From Candidatus Bathyarchaeota archaeon (GTDB taxonomy: Archaea; Thermoproteota; Bathyarchaeia; Bathyarchaeales; Bathycorpusculaceae): DNA of 64,000 bases. Made by a program: the position numbers and the translations under genes. The DNA lies in assembly GCA_026014665.1 (NCBI GenBank), contig JAOZHX010000025.1, positions 23,854-87,853 of the forward strand, in the 5' to 3' direction. Below are positions 8,908 to 18,301 of this stretch, piece by piece; the first letter of the stretch is position 1, and the number at the start of each line of letters is the position of its first letter. Under the pieces are notes generated by a model. That model worked only from the letters and a program-made list of their open reading frames with translations. It was not told the DNA's origin and did no database searches.

Positions 8908-9903
8908 TTGATTCGCATGCCTCTTACACCGCAAGACATCTGGAACCTAAACGAAACCGACCTCTTAACGATGCTCAACTCAAACACCCCCAAACCCAAA
9001 AAAAACACCATCCACTTCTACGCACCAACCTTCACCTACTACAAAAACCGACACTACTACCCAACAGCAAACGCCTTCCCAACCATCTCCCTCACAGGAA
9101 CCACCTGCGCACTAAACTGCAAACACTGCAGCGGCAAAGTCCTCCAAACCATGCACCCAGCACACACCCCTCAACAACTCATCGCAGTAGCCACCAAACT
9201 TAAAGAAAAGGGAGCAGTTGGCTGCCTCATCAGCGGAGGATGCACAACCGACGGCACAGTGCCACTCGATAAATTCATCCCAGCAATCACCCACATAAAA
9301 CATGAACTCAAACTAACAGTGTTCGTTCACACAGGCATAATTAAACCGACCACAGCAAACGCACTAAAACAAGCAGACGTTGACGCAGCACTCATCGACA
9401 TCATCGGCTCACAACAAACCATACACACAACATACAACCTAAACATATCCACCGAAGACTACGAACAATCCCTCCAAACACTCAACCAAGCCAAACTCCC
9501 CTTCGCACCACACGTCATCGTCGGATTAAACCAAGGCAAACTCGACGGCGAACAAAAAGCCCTCCAAATGATAAGACAAGTGGAACCAGCCGCTTTGGTC
9601 ATCATAGCATTCATGCCCATACACGGAACACCCATGGAAAACACACCCCCACCCAAACCCACCGACATCGCCAAAGTCATAGCACTAGCAAGACAAATGT
9701 TCCCAATCACACCATTAATCTTAGGATGCATGCGCCCAAAGGGCAAAAACCGCAGCGAAACCGACGTTTTAGCCCTTAAAGCAGGAGTAGACGCCATAGC
9801 TTTTCCAAGCGACACAGCCATAGAATACGTAAAAAACCACGGCTACAACACAGTTTTCTCCTCTTACTGCTGTGCCCAAATGTACCTTGATGCTCTCCAT
9901 TAG
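8908..9903 (+). CDS. lipS2: Radical SAM protein, archaeal-type lipoyl synthase subunit LipS2-like (COG1856)
   Basis: CALNCKHC (CxxxCxxC), LISGG, plus GCMR and C-terminal CC motifs characteristic of LipS2. Confidence 0.72.
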   Translation: MIRMPLTPQDIWNLNETDLLTMLNSNTPKPKKNTIHFYAPTFTYYKNRHYYPTANAFPTISLTGTTCALNCKHCSGKVLQTMHPAHTPQQLIAVATKLKEKGAVGCLISGGCTTDGTVPLDKFIPAITHIKHELKLTVFVHTGIIKPTTANALKQADVDAALIDIIGSQQTIHTTYNLNISTEDYEQSLQTLNQAKLPFAPHVIVGLNQGKLDGEQKALQMIRQVEPAALVIIAFMPIHGTPMENTPPPKPTDIAKVIALARQMFPITPLILGCMRPKGKNRSETDVLALKAGVDAIAFPSDTAIEYVKNHGYNTVFSSYCCAQMYLDALH

Positions 9904-10499
9904 AGTTTAAGCATTCGCCTACCAACCGCAACAGCCCAAATCGAAACAGCAAACCCAGACGCAAACTCAGGAATAGCCACGTTGGGAACATAACTAATGG
10001 TTAACTGCAAAACCCAAACAGACGCCGAAAAAAACCCGACCGCCAAAGAAAGAACCGCCAAAGCCCGTTTACCTGCATAGAAGAAGCCAGCAGTCAAGAC
10101 CAATAAAGCCATAGTTGCCAAAGCGAAGAACGCCACAGACACCAAGTAATGTATAGGTTTAAAATCTTCATTAAAAACACCGATAGCCATCAAAGCAACA
10201 GAAGCACACGCAAACATCAAAGCTCCAACACGCCCAACCAAATTCTTAGAAAAATAATTCCACAACCCAAACACCGAGAAAATAAAGGCTAACAACCCAC
10301 CGACAAATAACCCAAAATTAAACAAGTAACCTGTCAAACCCGAAACAACCCCTAAATCACTTAAAGCATTATGAACCCAACTAAACGCTGGATAAGACGC
10401 AATAGCAATTAAAATGCAAATGAAAGCCGCAACAGGCGCCACCACGCCAGCCACTCCCCCAACCTTCAACCAAACCTCACCCTTAAACAACATACACAA
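9900..10499 (-). CDS. DUF998 family membrane protein
   Basis: FSWVHNALSDLG motif, GVFNED...H, multiple TM helices. Confidence 0.85.
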   Translation of the reverse strand: MCMLFKGEVWLKVGGVAGVVAPVAAFICILIAIASYPAFSWVHNALSDLGVVSGLTGYLFNFGLFVGGLLAFIFSVFGLWNYFSKNLVGRVGALMFACASVALMAIGVFNEDFKPIHYLVSVAFFALATMALLVLTAGFFYAGKRALAVLSLAVGFFSASVWVLQLTISYVPNVAIPEFASGFAVSIWAVAVGRRMLKL

Positions 10500-10546
10500 A
10501 CCCTAAAGCAAATTTAGCAACCGCTGGCTTTAAAAATTTCCATCAA

Positions 10547-11662
10547 TCAACCGATAAACCGCCTCAAATTCCCCAGCAAACGCAACTTATCCCTCTCACC
10601 CACTTTCGCCGCCTCAACAGACTTCCTGAGAATCTCCACAGATTCATCCATAGCTTTCCGATCCACCGGAAAAGGCACCCCATCCTTACCTCCATAAGCA
10701 AAACTAAATCTAACAGGATCCTCCCAGCTTGGAGCTTCACCATAGATGAGTTCGGCAACCAAGGCAAGTCCCCGCACGGTTGCTGGACCAACGCCTTTTA
10801 GGCTGAGAAGCTCTTCATAGTTGTTTGGTTGAAATTCATACATGCGGCTGAGTGTGTCCCAGTTGATGTTTCTGGGCATGTCAAGGGTCACTTGGGGTTG
10901 ACGTTGCAACCTGCTTGGTTGAGGAAAATATTCTTGGAGCGAAGTTTGATTTTTAGGTTTCGCCAAGGATTGGATGAGGTTGTTAAGTTTTTTGGGTGGT
11001 TCTTTGGAAAGGTCAACGGAAACTTTTCGAGCATTCTCGCTTGCGACAGCTGTCATGTTTAAAGCCTTTTGGCGCTTTATCCCAACAATGCCGTTATGCG
11101 GTTCCACAATGAAGTTATGAACGTTTTCAGAGAACCAATGGTAACGTCTTGCTGTTCGGTCTTCTTCATTCATACCTTGCTGTATAACTGCCCATTTACC
11201 GTCTTGCGTGAGCAAAAAAGCATGATGATAAAGCTGATATCCTGCTTGAAGGGCATTGTTATCAACTTTAGCGACTATACGGCTAGCATAAATAAGTTGA
11301 TCGATGGTTTGCTTAGAAAACTGGAAGGTCTCAGCAGCCGCCTGGATGTCCGCTGGAGTCTTTTTGCTGGTTTTGCCCTTGCCACCACAAACCACAATAC
11401 CGTGCTCTTGGGAAGTCAAAGCGGTTTTGAGGATACCTGTGACAACGGTGGTTACACCACTGCTATGCCAATCATACCCCAAGACACAGCCGAACGCCTG
11501 AAACCAAAAGGGATCGCTAAGACGTTCAATAAACGCTGTAGTGCCATATTCTTCAATCATGACGTTAGCGATTTCGCGAGCAAGGTTACGCATTCTCACA
11601 GTTAACCAGGATGGTGCTTTGCCGCCATGCAGCGGCAGATTCGCAGTGCCTGTTCGAAACAT
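10547..11662 (-). CDS. DUF763 family protein
   Basis: GTANLPLHGGKAPSWL, DWHSSGVTT, FAYGGKDGVPFPVD family motifs; HhH-like GVGPAT. Confidence 0.9.
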   Translation of the reverse strand: MFRTGTANLPLHGGKAPSWLTVRMRNLAREIANVMIEEYGTTAFIERLSDPFWFQAFGCVLGYDWHSSGVTTVVTGILKTALTSQEHGIVVCGGKGKTSKKTPADIQAAAETFQFSKQTIDQLIYASRIVAKVDNNALQAGYQLYHHAFLLTQDGKWAVIQQGMNEEDRTARRYHWFSENVHNFIVEPHNGIVGIKRQKALNMTAVASENARKVSVDLSKEPPKKLNNLIQSLAKPKNQTSLQEYFPQPSRLQRQPQVTLDMPRNINWDTLSRMYEFQPNNYEELLSLKGVGPATVRGLALVAELIYGEAPSWEDPVRFSFAYGGKDGVPFPVDRKAMDESVEILRKSVEAAKVGERDKLRLLGNLRRFIG

Positions 11663-11771
11663 TAACCCTCAAGATTGGAAGCCATTAGTCTGGATATATG
11701 GATTATTGCAACAAACCCCTCAAACTTCAATGCCAAGCGGCATCTCGGGTGCTCAGTTGCTTTGCAGTCGA

Positions 11772-11790
11772 CCCCTCCCCCTATCTTAAA
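11772..11790 (+). promoter_or_regulatory. Recurrent CCCTCCCCCT-(A/T)-TTAAA motif, copy 2
   Basis: CCCCTCCCCCTATCTTAAA in the DUF763/tRNA divergent gap. Confidence 0.4.
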
Positions 11791-11874
11791 CGTTTCAAAG
11801 TTTACTGATTTTTTGATGTCACAGAGACCAAACTACTAAAACCCCAAAATGACACAAAAAAGACTCAGCTTTTA

Positions 11875-11888
11875 AGAAAGGCTTATAG
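11875..11888 (+). promoter_or_regulatory. Probable BRE/TATA box for tRNA-Ala
   Basis: AGAAAG-G-CTTATA ending ~37 nt upstream of the mature tRNA 5' end. Confidence 0.45.
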
Positions 11889-11923
11889 GCTAATCTGCGG
11901 GTAATTTAGGAGCCGCACATTTT

Positions 11924-12001
11924 GGGCGGGTAGATCAGCCTGGTACGATCGCCACGTTGGCATCGTGGAGGCCGCGGGTTCAAATCCCGCCCCGTCCACC
12001 A
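11924..12001 (+). tRNA. tRNA-Ala(GGC), intronless, CCA encoded
   Basis: Acceptor GGGCGGG/CCCGTCC with the G3:U70 alanine determinant; anticodon arm CCACG-TTGGCAT-CGTGG; T-loop GGTTCAAATCC; ACCA end. Confidence 0.96.
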
Positions 12002-12079
12002 AAAACCACAACCTGCTGATTTTTCGCTTAATTTAATTTCGCATTTTACCGATAATTTTGGAGATAGTTATGGGTTTTT

Positions 12080-12361
12080 TTATCGGTAGGCTATGCCCAT
12101 GCGTTCCATGAAATCCAGGACTGTCCTGTATTCAGCCAGGTATTGTTTGCCTTTTTCGGTGAGGGCAAATGAGATTTGGTCTTCTATGAGCCCAAGCTCT
12201 TCTAGGTCAGATAGGTATCTTTTCAAACGATCAAAGGGAACGTTAAGTTTTGTTTGAATGCGAACTAAAACTATTTTCTCAGTTAAGCTAGTTTCAGCCT
12301 TAAGGATAGACAAGAGATCACCGTAGATCTTCATTTTGTCTCTTCTGGCTATTTTTTTCAT
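12080..12361 (-). CDS. Small winged-helix DNA-binding protein (HTH_45-like)
   Basis: RRDKMKIYGDLL...LNVPFDRLKRYLSDLEELGLI...LTEKGKQYL pattern. Confidence 0.8.
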   Translation of the reverse strand: MKKIARRDKMKIYGDLLSILKAETSLTEKIVLVRIQTKLNVPFDRLKRYLSDLEELGLIEDQISFALTEKGKQYLAEYRTVLDFMERMGIAYR

Positions 12362-13048
12362 TCAGAGCTCCTTTTTGGGTATTCCGTAAAACGTTCGATA
12401 GGCGATTATGAGAAAAAGAATTAGTCCTGCCCAGCGAAGTACTAAGCCTCCATAGAAAGGGAATTTTGTGCTGCCGTCTACAAGCCAAACCAGCAGTGAG
12501 TATTGGCTTATGCCCAGAAGGATGTATCCGAGTGGGGTCGTTATTGTTTTGGAATCTTGAGTTTTCAAGTGGCTTCTGAGCGTATGTATAGAGATGTAGA
12601 GTAGGCAGGCTATGTTAAACCCCCTGATGTACATGGATAAAAACCGATAGTTGCCAAAAGCCGAGTTTGGAGCTACAAAAACCAGAATAATCAGGGATGT
12701 CACCGCGACAAGAAGTGCGCTTAATATTACATTCCAGATGAGGTGAGTGTTTTTTGAGGGTTTCTTGGAAAAATAATATGTGAACGTGAGAAATGCGAAT
12801 GCAAACGGTCTTGCGATAAGTTGAAGCCAGGTTAAGTCGTTAACAGAGAAATCGGGATCCATGAAAATAGGATAAGAATGTGCAAAAGCCGCAAGTGCGT
12901 AGGTGGCACCGAGAATACCAAAGCCAAGGGGAAGGCCTAAGTATCGGCCTTCTCTGGTGACGAGGTATGGCTTTATCAAGAACCAAACGAGAATGAAGCA
13001 AACGACTGCTGAAAAAGTCTCCTCTGCAACTAGAAAAATCTGTTCCAT
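12362..13048 (-). CDS. Seven-TM membrane protein (sensor-like), abutting the wHTH gene
   Basis: About 7 hydrophobic helices; its stop is directly adjacent to the wHTH start. Confidence 0.75.
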   Translation of the reverse strand: MEQIFLVAEETFSAVVCFILVWFLIKPYLVTREGRYLGLPLGFGILGATYALAAFAHSYPIFMDPDFSVNDLTWLQLIARPFAFAFLTFTYYFSKKPSKNTHLIWNVILSALLVAVTSLIILVFVAPNSAFGNYRFLSMYIRGFNIACLLYISIHTLRSHLKTQDSKTITTPLGYILLGISQYSLLVWLVDGSTKFPFYGGLVLRWAGLILFLIIAYRTFYGIPKKEL

Positions 13049-13136
13049 TGGCCCTATGATCTATGGTGCCTCCTGTATAACGCTCTATTGCCGCTTTCTG
13101 AGTATATTACAATTCCTCTCTTATAGTGAGTGTCCG

Positions 13137-14387
13137 TCATGAAGCCTTAAGCATGTTGCCAGCTGTATTCATCTCGTCTAACCAGTTTCTGGATTTAACC
13201 ACTGTCTTGCCTGCGAAAGTCAATTTCAACGCGTTATTGTAAGGGCAAACTTCTATGCATCTTGCACATAGCATGCATTTTGATTCGGTGACGTCGCCGC
13301 CTTTCTTCTCATACATGGCGGTGGCTTGGGTTGGGCAGGCACGTTTACAGATCCCGCATTTCGTACATTTATGCTCATCTTTTTTGAGTTTTGTAAAGGC
13401 AATTTGCTTAAAGGGCGTGAAAGTGCTGAAAAGTGCAGTCAAGCCGCCTAACGGACAAATTCGGCACCAAAAGCGTCGATATGCTAGCGCCAAAATGGTG
13501 ACGGCGATGAAGATGGTGAGGTTTATTGAGGTTATGTACATTCCGCGTTCGTAGAATGATCCGTACACTATTTGAGAAATATAACGCCAGTTAATGGAGC
13601 CTAGGCCACTTTGAACGAATAGGCATAAAGGGCGCATGGGGCATACAAGACAGAAAGGCTCATTAATCCAGCTTGTTATTCCAGCTTCGGTTCCAAAAGG
13701 TCCGCCGGGAATGGTGCCCGGAATAAGTTCGGTCCCGAATATGGTATATGAAGCAAATAAAACGCTTGATATCAAAAAAACTGCGATAATTAAATATCGG
13801 ACTTGCCCAAGCCTAGCACTTGTCTTATCTGAAAAGCTTAGATGCCGCAACCTAATGAACTTGCGTGCTTTAGTCAAAAGGTCTTGGTATAATCCGAATG
13901 GGCAGAGCCAACCGCAGAAAAACCTTCCCAAAAGCAAAGATGCTGCGGCTACCATGCCTATAACAACCGCCAGTTTCTCTATCCCTGATGTGGAATAAAC
14001 CACTGCATAGCCTCGCTGAAAGCTCCAAAAAGGGTAAATGTAAGCTTGAAGTTGCCATATGGGACAGGTAACAGTTCTACCGTTACCATAATAACATGCC
14101 AAAACAGGGATAGATAAGCCATCGGGAAACTGATTGCCTAATACATCAGTGCCGATTAACCGGTCGCGAGGAGAAGAACCTAACGGCACAAACGCGGGCA
14201 CTGCATTAAATGGGCCTATGATAAGACCCATAAAAACCGCCATCACGGCAACCACCTGAATAAAAAGCCTAAGTGTGCTAATTTTTCTAGTTTTGTCCTT
14301 GGAGAACTTGAGAATAGCGATAATGCCGATTGCCACAACCAACGCGTATATCATGAGCGCTGTGGGAGTTAAAATATCCGTAGGCAA
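13137..14387 (-). CDS. Membrane polyferredoxin, NapH/FixG-like 4Fe-4S binding protein
   Basis: GRFFCGWLCPFG, FCLVCP, RRFWCRICPLG and two CxxCxxCxxxCP ferredoxin motifs. Confidence 0.88.
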   Translation of the reverse strand: MPTDILTPTALMIYALVVAIGIIAILKFSKDKTRKISTLRLFIQVVAVMAVFMGLIIGPFNAVPAFVPLGSSPRDRLIGTDVLGNQFPDGLSIPVLACYYGNGRTVTCPIWQLQAYIYPFWSFQRGYAVVYSTSGIEKLAVVIGMVAAASLLLGRFFCGWLCPFGLYQDLLTKARKFIRLRHLSFSDKTSARLGQVRYLIIAVFLISSVLFASYTIFGTELIPGTIPGGPFGTEAGITSWINEPFCLVCPMRPLCLFVQSGLGSINWRYISQIVYGSFYERGMYITSINLTIFIAVTILALAYRRFWCRICPLGGLTALFSTFTPFKQIAFTKLKKDEHKCTKCGICKRACPTQATAMYEKKGGDVTESKCMLCARCIEVCPYNNALKLTFAGKTVVKSRNWLDEMNTAGNMLKAS

Positions 14388-14389
14388 GT

Positions 14390-15037
14390 TTAACCTCTCA
14401 CCTTGAATTTTACGCTTAACCCAACAATCACAATGACAAGAAGCACTGTTGCCGTGTATATAGCGACTGAATGATCCAAAAAGATGTCGCCTGAAGATGG
14501 CGGAATGACATAGTTACTGTAACGCGTGATAGTTACGTTACCTGTTAATCCGTTAACAACCACTACGTTGTTGGGCAAAAGCTGCCAGCCACTCCCTGCT
14601 GCTACAGCGTACCCTTTATTGGTAACTAACCACTCATCTGTATGGGTTTGCCGAGAAGAGTTCACGTCAAGGTCAAAGGTCTGCTTGCCCTCACCAACAG
14701 CGTAATACCTGATGCTCTCTCCTCGCCCCAAAACGTTACTTGTTCTATATGTAAAAACCGTTATGTTGGAATTTTCAGCGGATACCTTTAGAGTCCCAAT
14801 CACCCGCGTGTTGTTGAGGCATAAGTTCGCAAAAGTCCATGTGCCATTTTCTAGAGTTGCAGAAGAATAGGATCCGTTAACGTTAAAGCATATGGATCCA
14901 TGTAATTCAGGAATGTTAAACGTGTCAACGGGCGTGAAACTTCCACCCGTTTGTGCATGAATGGCCGGAGTGAACAGCAAGACTAAAACGACTATGGCTA
15001 CAAGTCCAGACACGGCTGTGCGGTTGGCTACAATCAA
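14390..15037 (-). CDS. Secreted beta-rich protein with C-terminal membrane anchor
   Basis: Signal peptide ending AIHAQ, beta-rich body, C-terminal TM plus basic tail. Confidence 0.75.
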   Translation of the reverse strand: MIVANRTAVSGLVAIVVLVLLFTPAIHAQTGGSFTPVDTFNIPELHGSICFNVNGSYSSATLENGTWTFANLCLNNTRVIGTLKVSAENSNITVFTYRTSNVLGRGESIRYYAVGEGKQTFDLDVNSSRQTHTDEWLVTNKGYAVAAGSGWQLLPNNVVVVNGLTGNVTITRYSNYVIPPSSGDIFLDHSVAIYTATVLLVIVIVGLSVKFKVRG

Positions 15038-15136
15038 AGTCTCACGGTAATATACCTATACCATGTTAAGCTTTAGCTATAAGCCTTTTTTTAAAAATCA
15101 GGAAAAGAAAAAAGTTTAGGAGGCTAAAGGCAACCC

Positions 15137-15883
15137 TTAGCTCTCATTGTCTTCTTTGGGCGGTTGTTCCCACACTGGAATTGGGGTTGAAGCGGGTTCT
15201 TGAGAAGTTGCTTGAGGAGCGGACTCTGGAGTAGCAGGGGGCGTCTCTGCAGGGCTTGTCGTTTCTGCCGCAGTTGGAACAGCAGCTCGTCTTCGTCTTT
15301 GCTTGAATATGAGTAGCATCATAACGATAACCACAGCTACTACGGCTATTACTGTTCCAATGATTAACCAGGTTAGAGGACTGCTTGTTTGTGTTCCCCC
15401 GCCGCCGCCATTGCTTGGCTTGACAGTGGGTTTAATCGTAGCAGAGGAGCCGCCGACCGCTATAGTTCCTGTTGGCGAATCCCAAGAGAAAGGCGTCTGA
15501 GAAGCTCCTTCGACGCCATCAACACCAAGGTAGAATGTATGTGCTCCTACAGCGGCAGTTGTGGGAATCTTCACGGAAAGCGGAGGAGTAGTGTAAGTGC
15601 CGTGTGGTTCGATTGAAATGGGAGTACTTGAATAGTTGAAACCAATGAATCCTTCAGCTTCCATCCAGTCGAAGTGAAAACCTATGTATTGCAGTTGAAG
15701 CTGCTCATCGGTGTTACTTTCAAACATTACTCTGACGTATATGGAGTCACCTGGATTTGGTGTGTCGTTTGAAAAACGGGTGGTGCTTAAAAGCTCGTTT
15801 GACTCTAAAGCGTAAACTACGCTACATGATAAACAAATTAGCGAAACTAAACTCACGATAAGAGCGATTTTTAGTATTTTCAC
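15137..15883 (-). CDS. Type I membrane protein: signal peptide, Ig-like domain, TM, Pro/Thr/Ala-rich cytoplasmic tail
   Basis: N-terminal hydrophobic leader, PGDSIYVRVMF beta-sandwich, GGGGG linker, TM, RRRR stop-transfer. Confidence 0.8.
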   Translation of the reverse strand: MKILKIALIVSLVSLICLSCSVVYALESNELLSTTRFSNDTPNPGDSIYVRVMFESNTDEQLQLQYIGFHFDWMEAEGFIGFNYSSTPISIEPHGTYTTPPLSVKIPTTAAVGAHTFYLGVDGVEGASQTPFSWDSPTGTIAVGGSSATIKPTVKPSNGGGGGTQTSSPLTWLIIGTVIAVVAVVIVMMLLIFKQRRRRAAVPTAAETTSPAETPPATPESAPQATSQEPASTPIPVWEQPPKEDNES

Positions 15884-16053
15884 CTTTGCCCCTCCAATCT
15901 ATGCCGTACCCATTAGATTACTTACATATATGACTTTACCATATTTACGCCAAGTTTAAAAAATTAACGTTTTGGCAACCAAAAAAGCGGGGGTAAAAAA
16001 AATACTTAGGCTATTTTTCTTCTATATTGCGGTCGTAGCTATGCTAGGCGTTC

Positions 16054-16173
16054 TTAGTCAACCAGGTGAGCGGTTCCATCTGGACAGTAGACTTTCTCGC
16101 CCTGGTTTACTTTGCGGTAGCGTTTTAGGCATGGTTGCTGCTGTCCGCATCCATCGCAATCTCGCGAAATCAC
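16054..16173 (-). CDS. 39-aa Cys/His microprotein (putative zinc finger), not in ORF track
   Basis: GTG start after SD-like GAGGGGTGA; MISRDCDGCGQQQPCLKRYRKVNQGEKVYCPDGTAHLVD; T-tracts downstream. Confidence 0.7.
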   Translation of the reverse strand: MISRDCDGCGQQQPCLKRYRKVNQGEKVYCPDGTAHLVD

Positions 16174-16310
16174 TTTCCTTTCACCCCTCTTCCTTGCGGA
16201 TTGCATAGGTACCGTGATGACGAGATTTAAGGTAATTTACATGCTAGAGCTTGCATTGGCGATAATCTTATGTTAAGGTAGGTTGTTGTTGGTTTAGGAA
16301 AAAGGTCAAC

Positions 16311-16616
16311 ATGGATACTTTAGGCTTAGCAAACTTGATTTTAGATGTTGGAGGAATCCTTAACTTTATCGCATTATTGTTGATGTTGAGAGCTGTTATT
16401 AAAAACAGGAATTATCTTAGGGGTTTTAGCGTAATCGGTTCTTTTTTAACGTTTATTTCCATAGTTGGATTTGAATTTGCTTATTACTTGATAGGCAATG
16501 TCATCGGGTTTGCGTTAGGTTGGGCAACAGTAGCCTTTTGGTTTATAGCTTTTGTTTATAGCCTCAAACAGAAAATTAGAGGCATCAGAAACCAAAGGAA
16601 AGTGGTTGAGCCTTAA
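16311..16616 (+). CDS. Small 3-TM membrane protein
   Basis: Three hydrophobic segments, GGT SD-like element upstream, basic C-tail. Confidence 0.7.
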   Translation: MDTLGLANLILDVGGILNFIALLLMLRAVIKNRNYLRGFSVIGSFLTFISIVGFEFAYYLIGNVIGFALGWATVAFWFIAFVYSLKQKIRGIRNQRKVVEP

Positions 16617-18264
16617 CTTCTGGGTATGCGAATTGTGAATTCTGCTCCTTTGCCTTCGGTGCTCTCAAAGCTTATGGTGCCGCCGTGTGCTTCGATGACG
16701 CGTTTGCAGACGGCTAATCCGAAGCCTTGACCACGCGGTTTTGTTGTGAAAAGGGGATTGAAAATTTGTTTTTTAATGGATTCAGGTATGCCAACGCCTG
16801 TATCTTTAACGGTTAGAGAAACTTGTTTTTCGTTGGTTATACCGGCTGATATGAGCAGTTTGCCGCCGTTGGGCATGGCTTGAAGGGCGTTGGTTACTAA
16901 ATTGATGAGGACTCTTTTGAGGAGTTGAGGATCAGCTTGAACCATTGGATAAGCATCATCAATCTCAATTCGTTCTTCGATATTATTTGGTATGTCGGTG
17001 GTTGCTAAAACGCTTTCTATGAATTCCTTCAGGTTGATTGATTTTTTATCAACCCTGATTGGTTGCACGAACGCTTGCAAGTCCGACACAATCTTGTCCA
17101 TGTACGCTGCTTGCTCCTCTATAACACGGATGCTCTCTTCCAAGTTGGCTTTGGCGTCGCCCACAGGAAGGGCACCAACTTCGGTTTTGGCTAGATACAA
17201 TTCGCCGATTATTGTTTGCAGAGGATTACGCAAATCATGACCAACCATGCCTGCGGTCTGCCCAATAGCGGCTAAACGTTCGCTATCCTTCAGTTGCTTG
17301 GTTCTCTCATCGATTAGTTTCTCCAAGATTCCTTTCTGTGCTTGAAGTCTGTACTCCTGCTGCTTTTGCTCGCTGATGTCTCGAACAATAGACCACACCC
17401 CGATTACCTTGCCTTTTCCATCAGTGAGCCGCCAGCTTCTGACGGAGGCTGGAAAGATAGTGCCGTCCTTGCGTATGTATTCTCGCTCAAAAACCATCGA
17501 GCAACCGGTGCGTAGGATTTTGTTGATAATTTTTTCTCTTTGTTCGCGCCATCTTTCTGGAAGCAGCTGCTCAACTGGGATGTTGCGCAGTTCTTTTTTT
17601 GTGTAACCTAACATTTTTGCGTAGGCTCGGTTGCAGGCAATCATTTTGCCGTGTTTATCTCGTGCCATGATTCCATCTTGGGTTGTCTCATAGAGTCTGC
17701 GGTATCTTTTCTCTGCTAAAATAAGAGCTCGTGCAGCTTTTTCTCGCTCTTCGTCTTTCTTTTCACCGCTCTGTTTTAGCGTTGTGATGTCTAAGAATGC
17801 AACTATGGCATAACCCTTCTTTGGGCTATATGCATAAATCTTATACCACTTGTAATGGTTTTTACAGTATGCATCAAATTTCTGATGAACACCAGTGGTG
17901 GCGACCTCGGCGAAATCCAATCAACGGGTATGTTTTTTATTCTTTTCTTAACTGGAATCTCTCTTAACCAAAAGCATGTTTTATTAAAAGGATTAATCTC
18001 GTCATAAACTGGGTTGCTTGCAATTTGAACAAAGTTAGGGGGAAGCCCTAGCTCGTTGCAAACAATTTTATACAACGCTATGCCTTGAGGTAGAGTATCG
18101 CACAAGATGTGAAATTGCTGAGGGCTTATGCCTAACTCTTCAAGCAAACGCTCGTTATTGGTTATCGGTTCTTCCCTTGAAGGGGTAACTGGGGGCATCT
18201 GCATATTGCCATTCATTCGGGTTGCATCGATAGATTCCACTATCTCGTCCCCTTGATTATTCAT
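16613..18264 (-). pseudogene. PAS-PAS histidine kinase split by a frameshift near 17920 (ORFs 17803-18276 and 16613-17920)
   Basis: First PAS domain continues across frames (...PVDW / FAEVATTG...DITT); C-terminal part has H-box HDLRNPL, N-box NLVTNA, G1 DTGVGI and G2 GQGFGL. Confidence 0.8.
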
Positions 18265-18301
18265 GCATATCGCCATAAAAGACTTTCCAATATATTATAT
18301 A

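Noticed and set aside
11069-11605. 178-aa plus-strand ORF, and similar antisense ORFs such as 860-1198, 6798-7196, 8616-9203, 13636-13998 and 55704-56045
   Set aside because: They lie opposite or across well-supported genes and have no recognisable motifs; treated as shadow ORFs.
11975-12001. attL/attR duplication of the tRNA-Ala 3' end
   Set aside because: No second copy was noticed by eye and there is no integrase; an exact string search is needed to exclude it fully.
17932-17938. Canonical A_AAA_AAC slippery heptamer just upstream of the histidine-kinase frame break
   Set aside because: A -1 slip there reads AAA CAT ACC CGT TGA and stops at 17921-17923, before the downstream ORF, so it cannot join the two halves.
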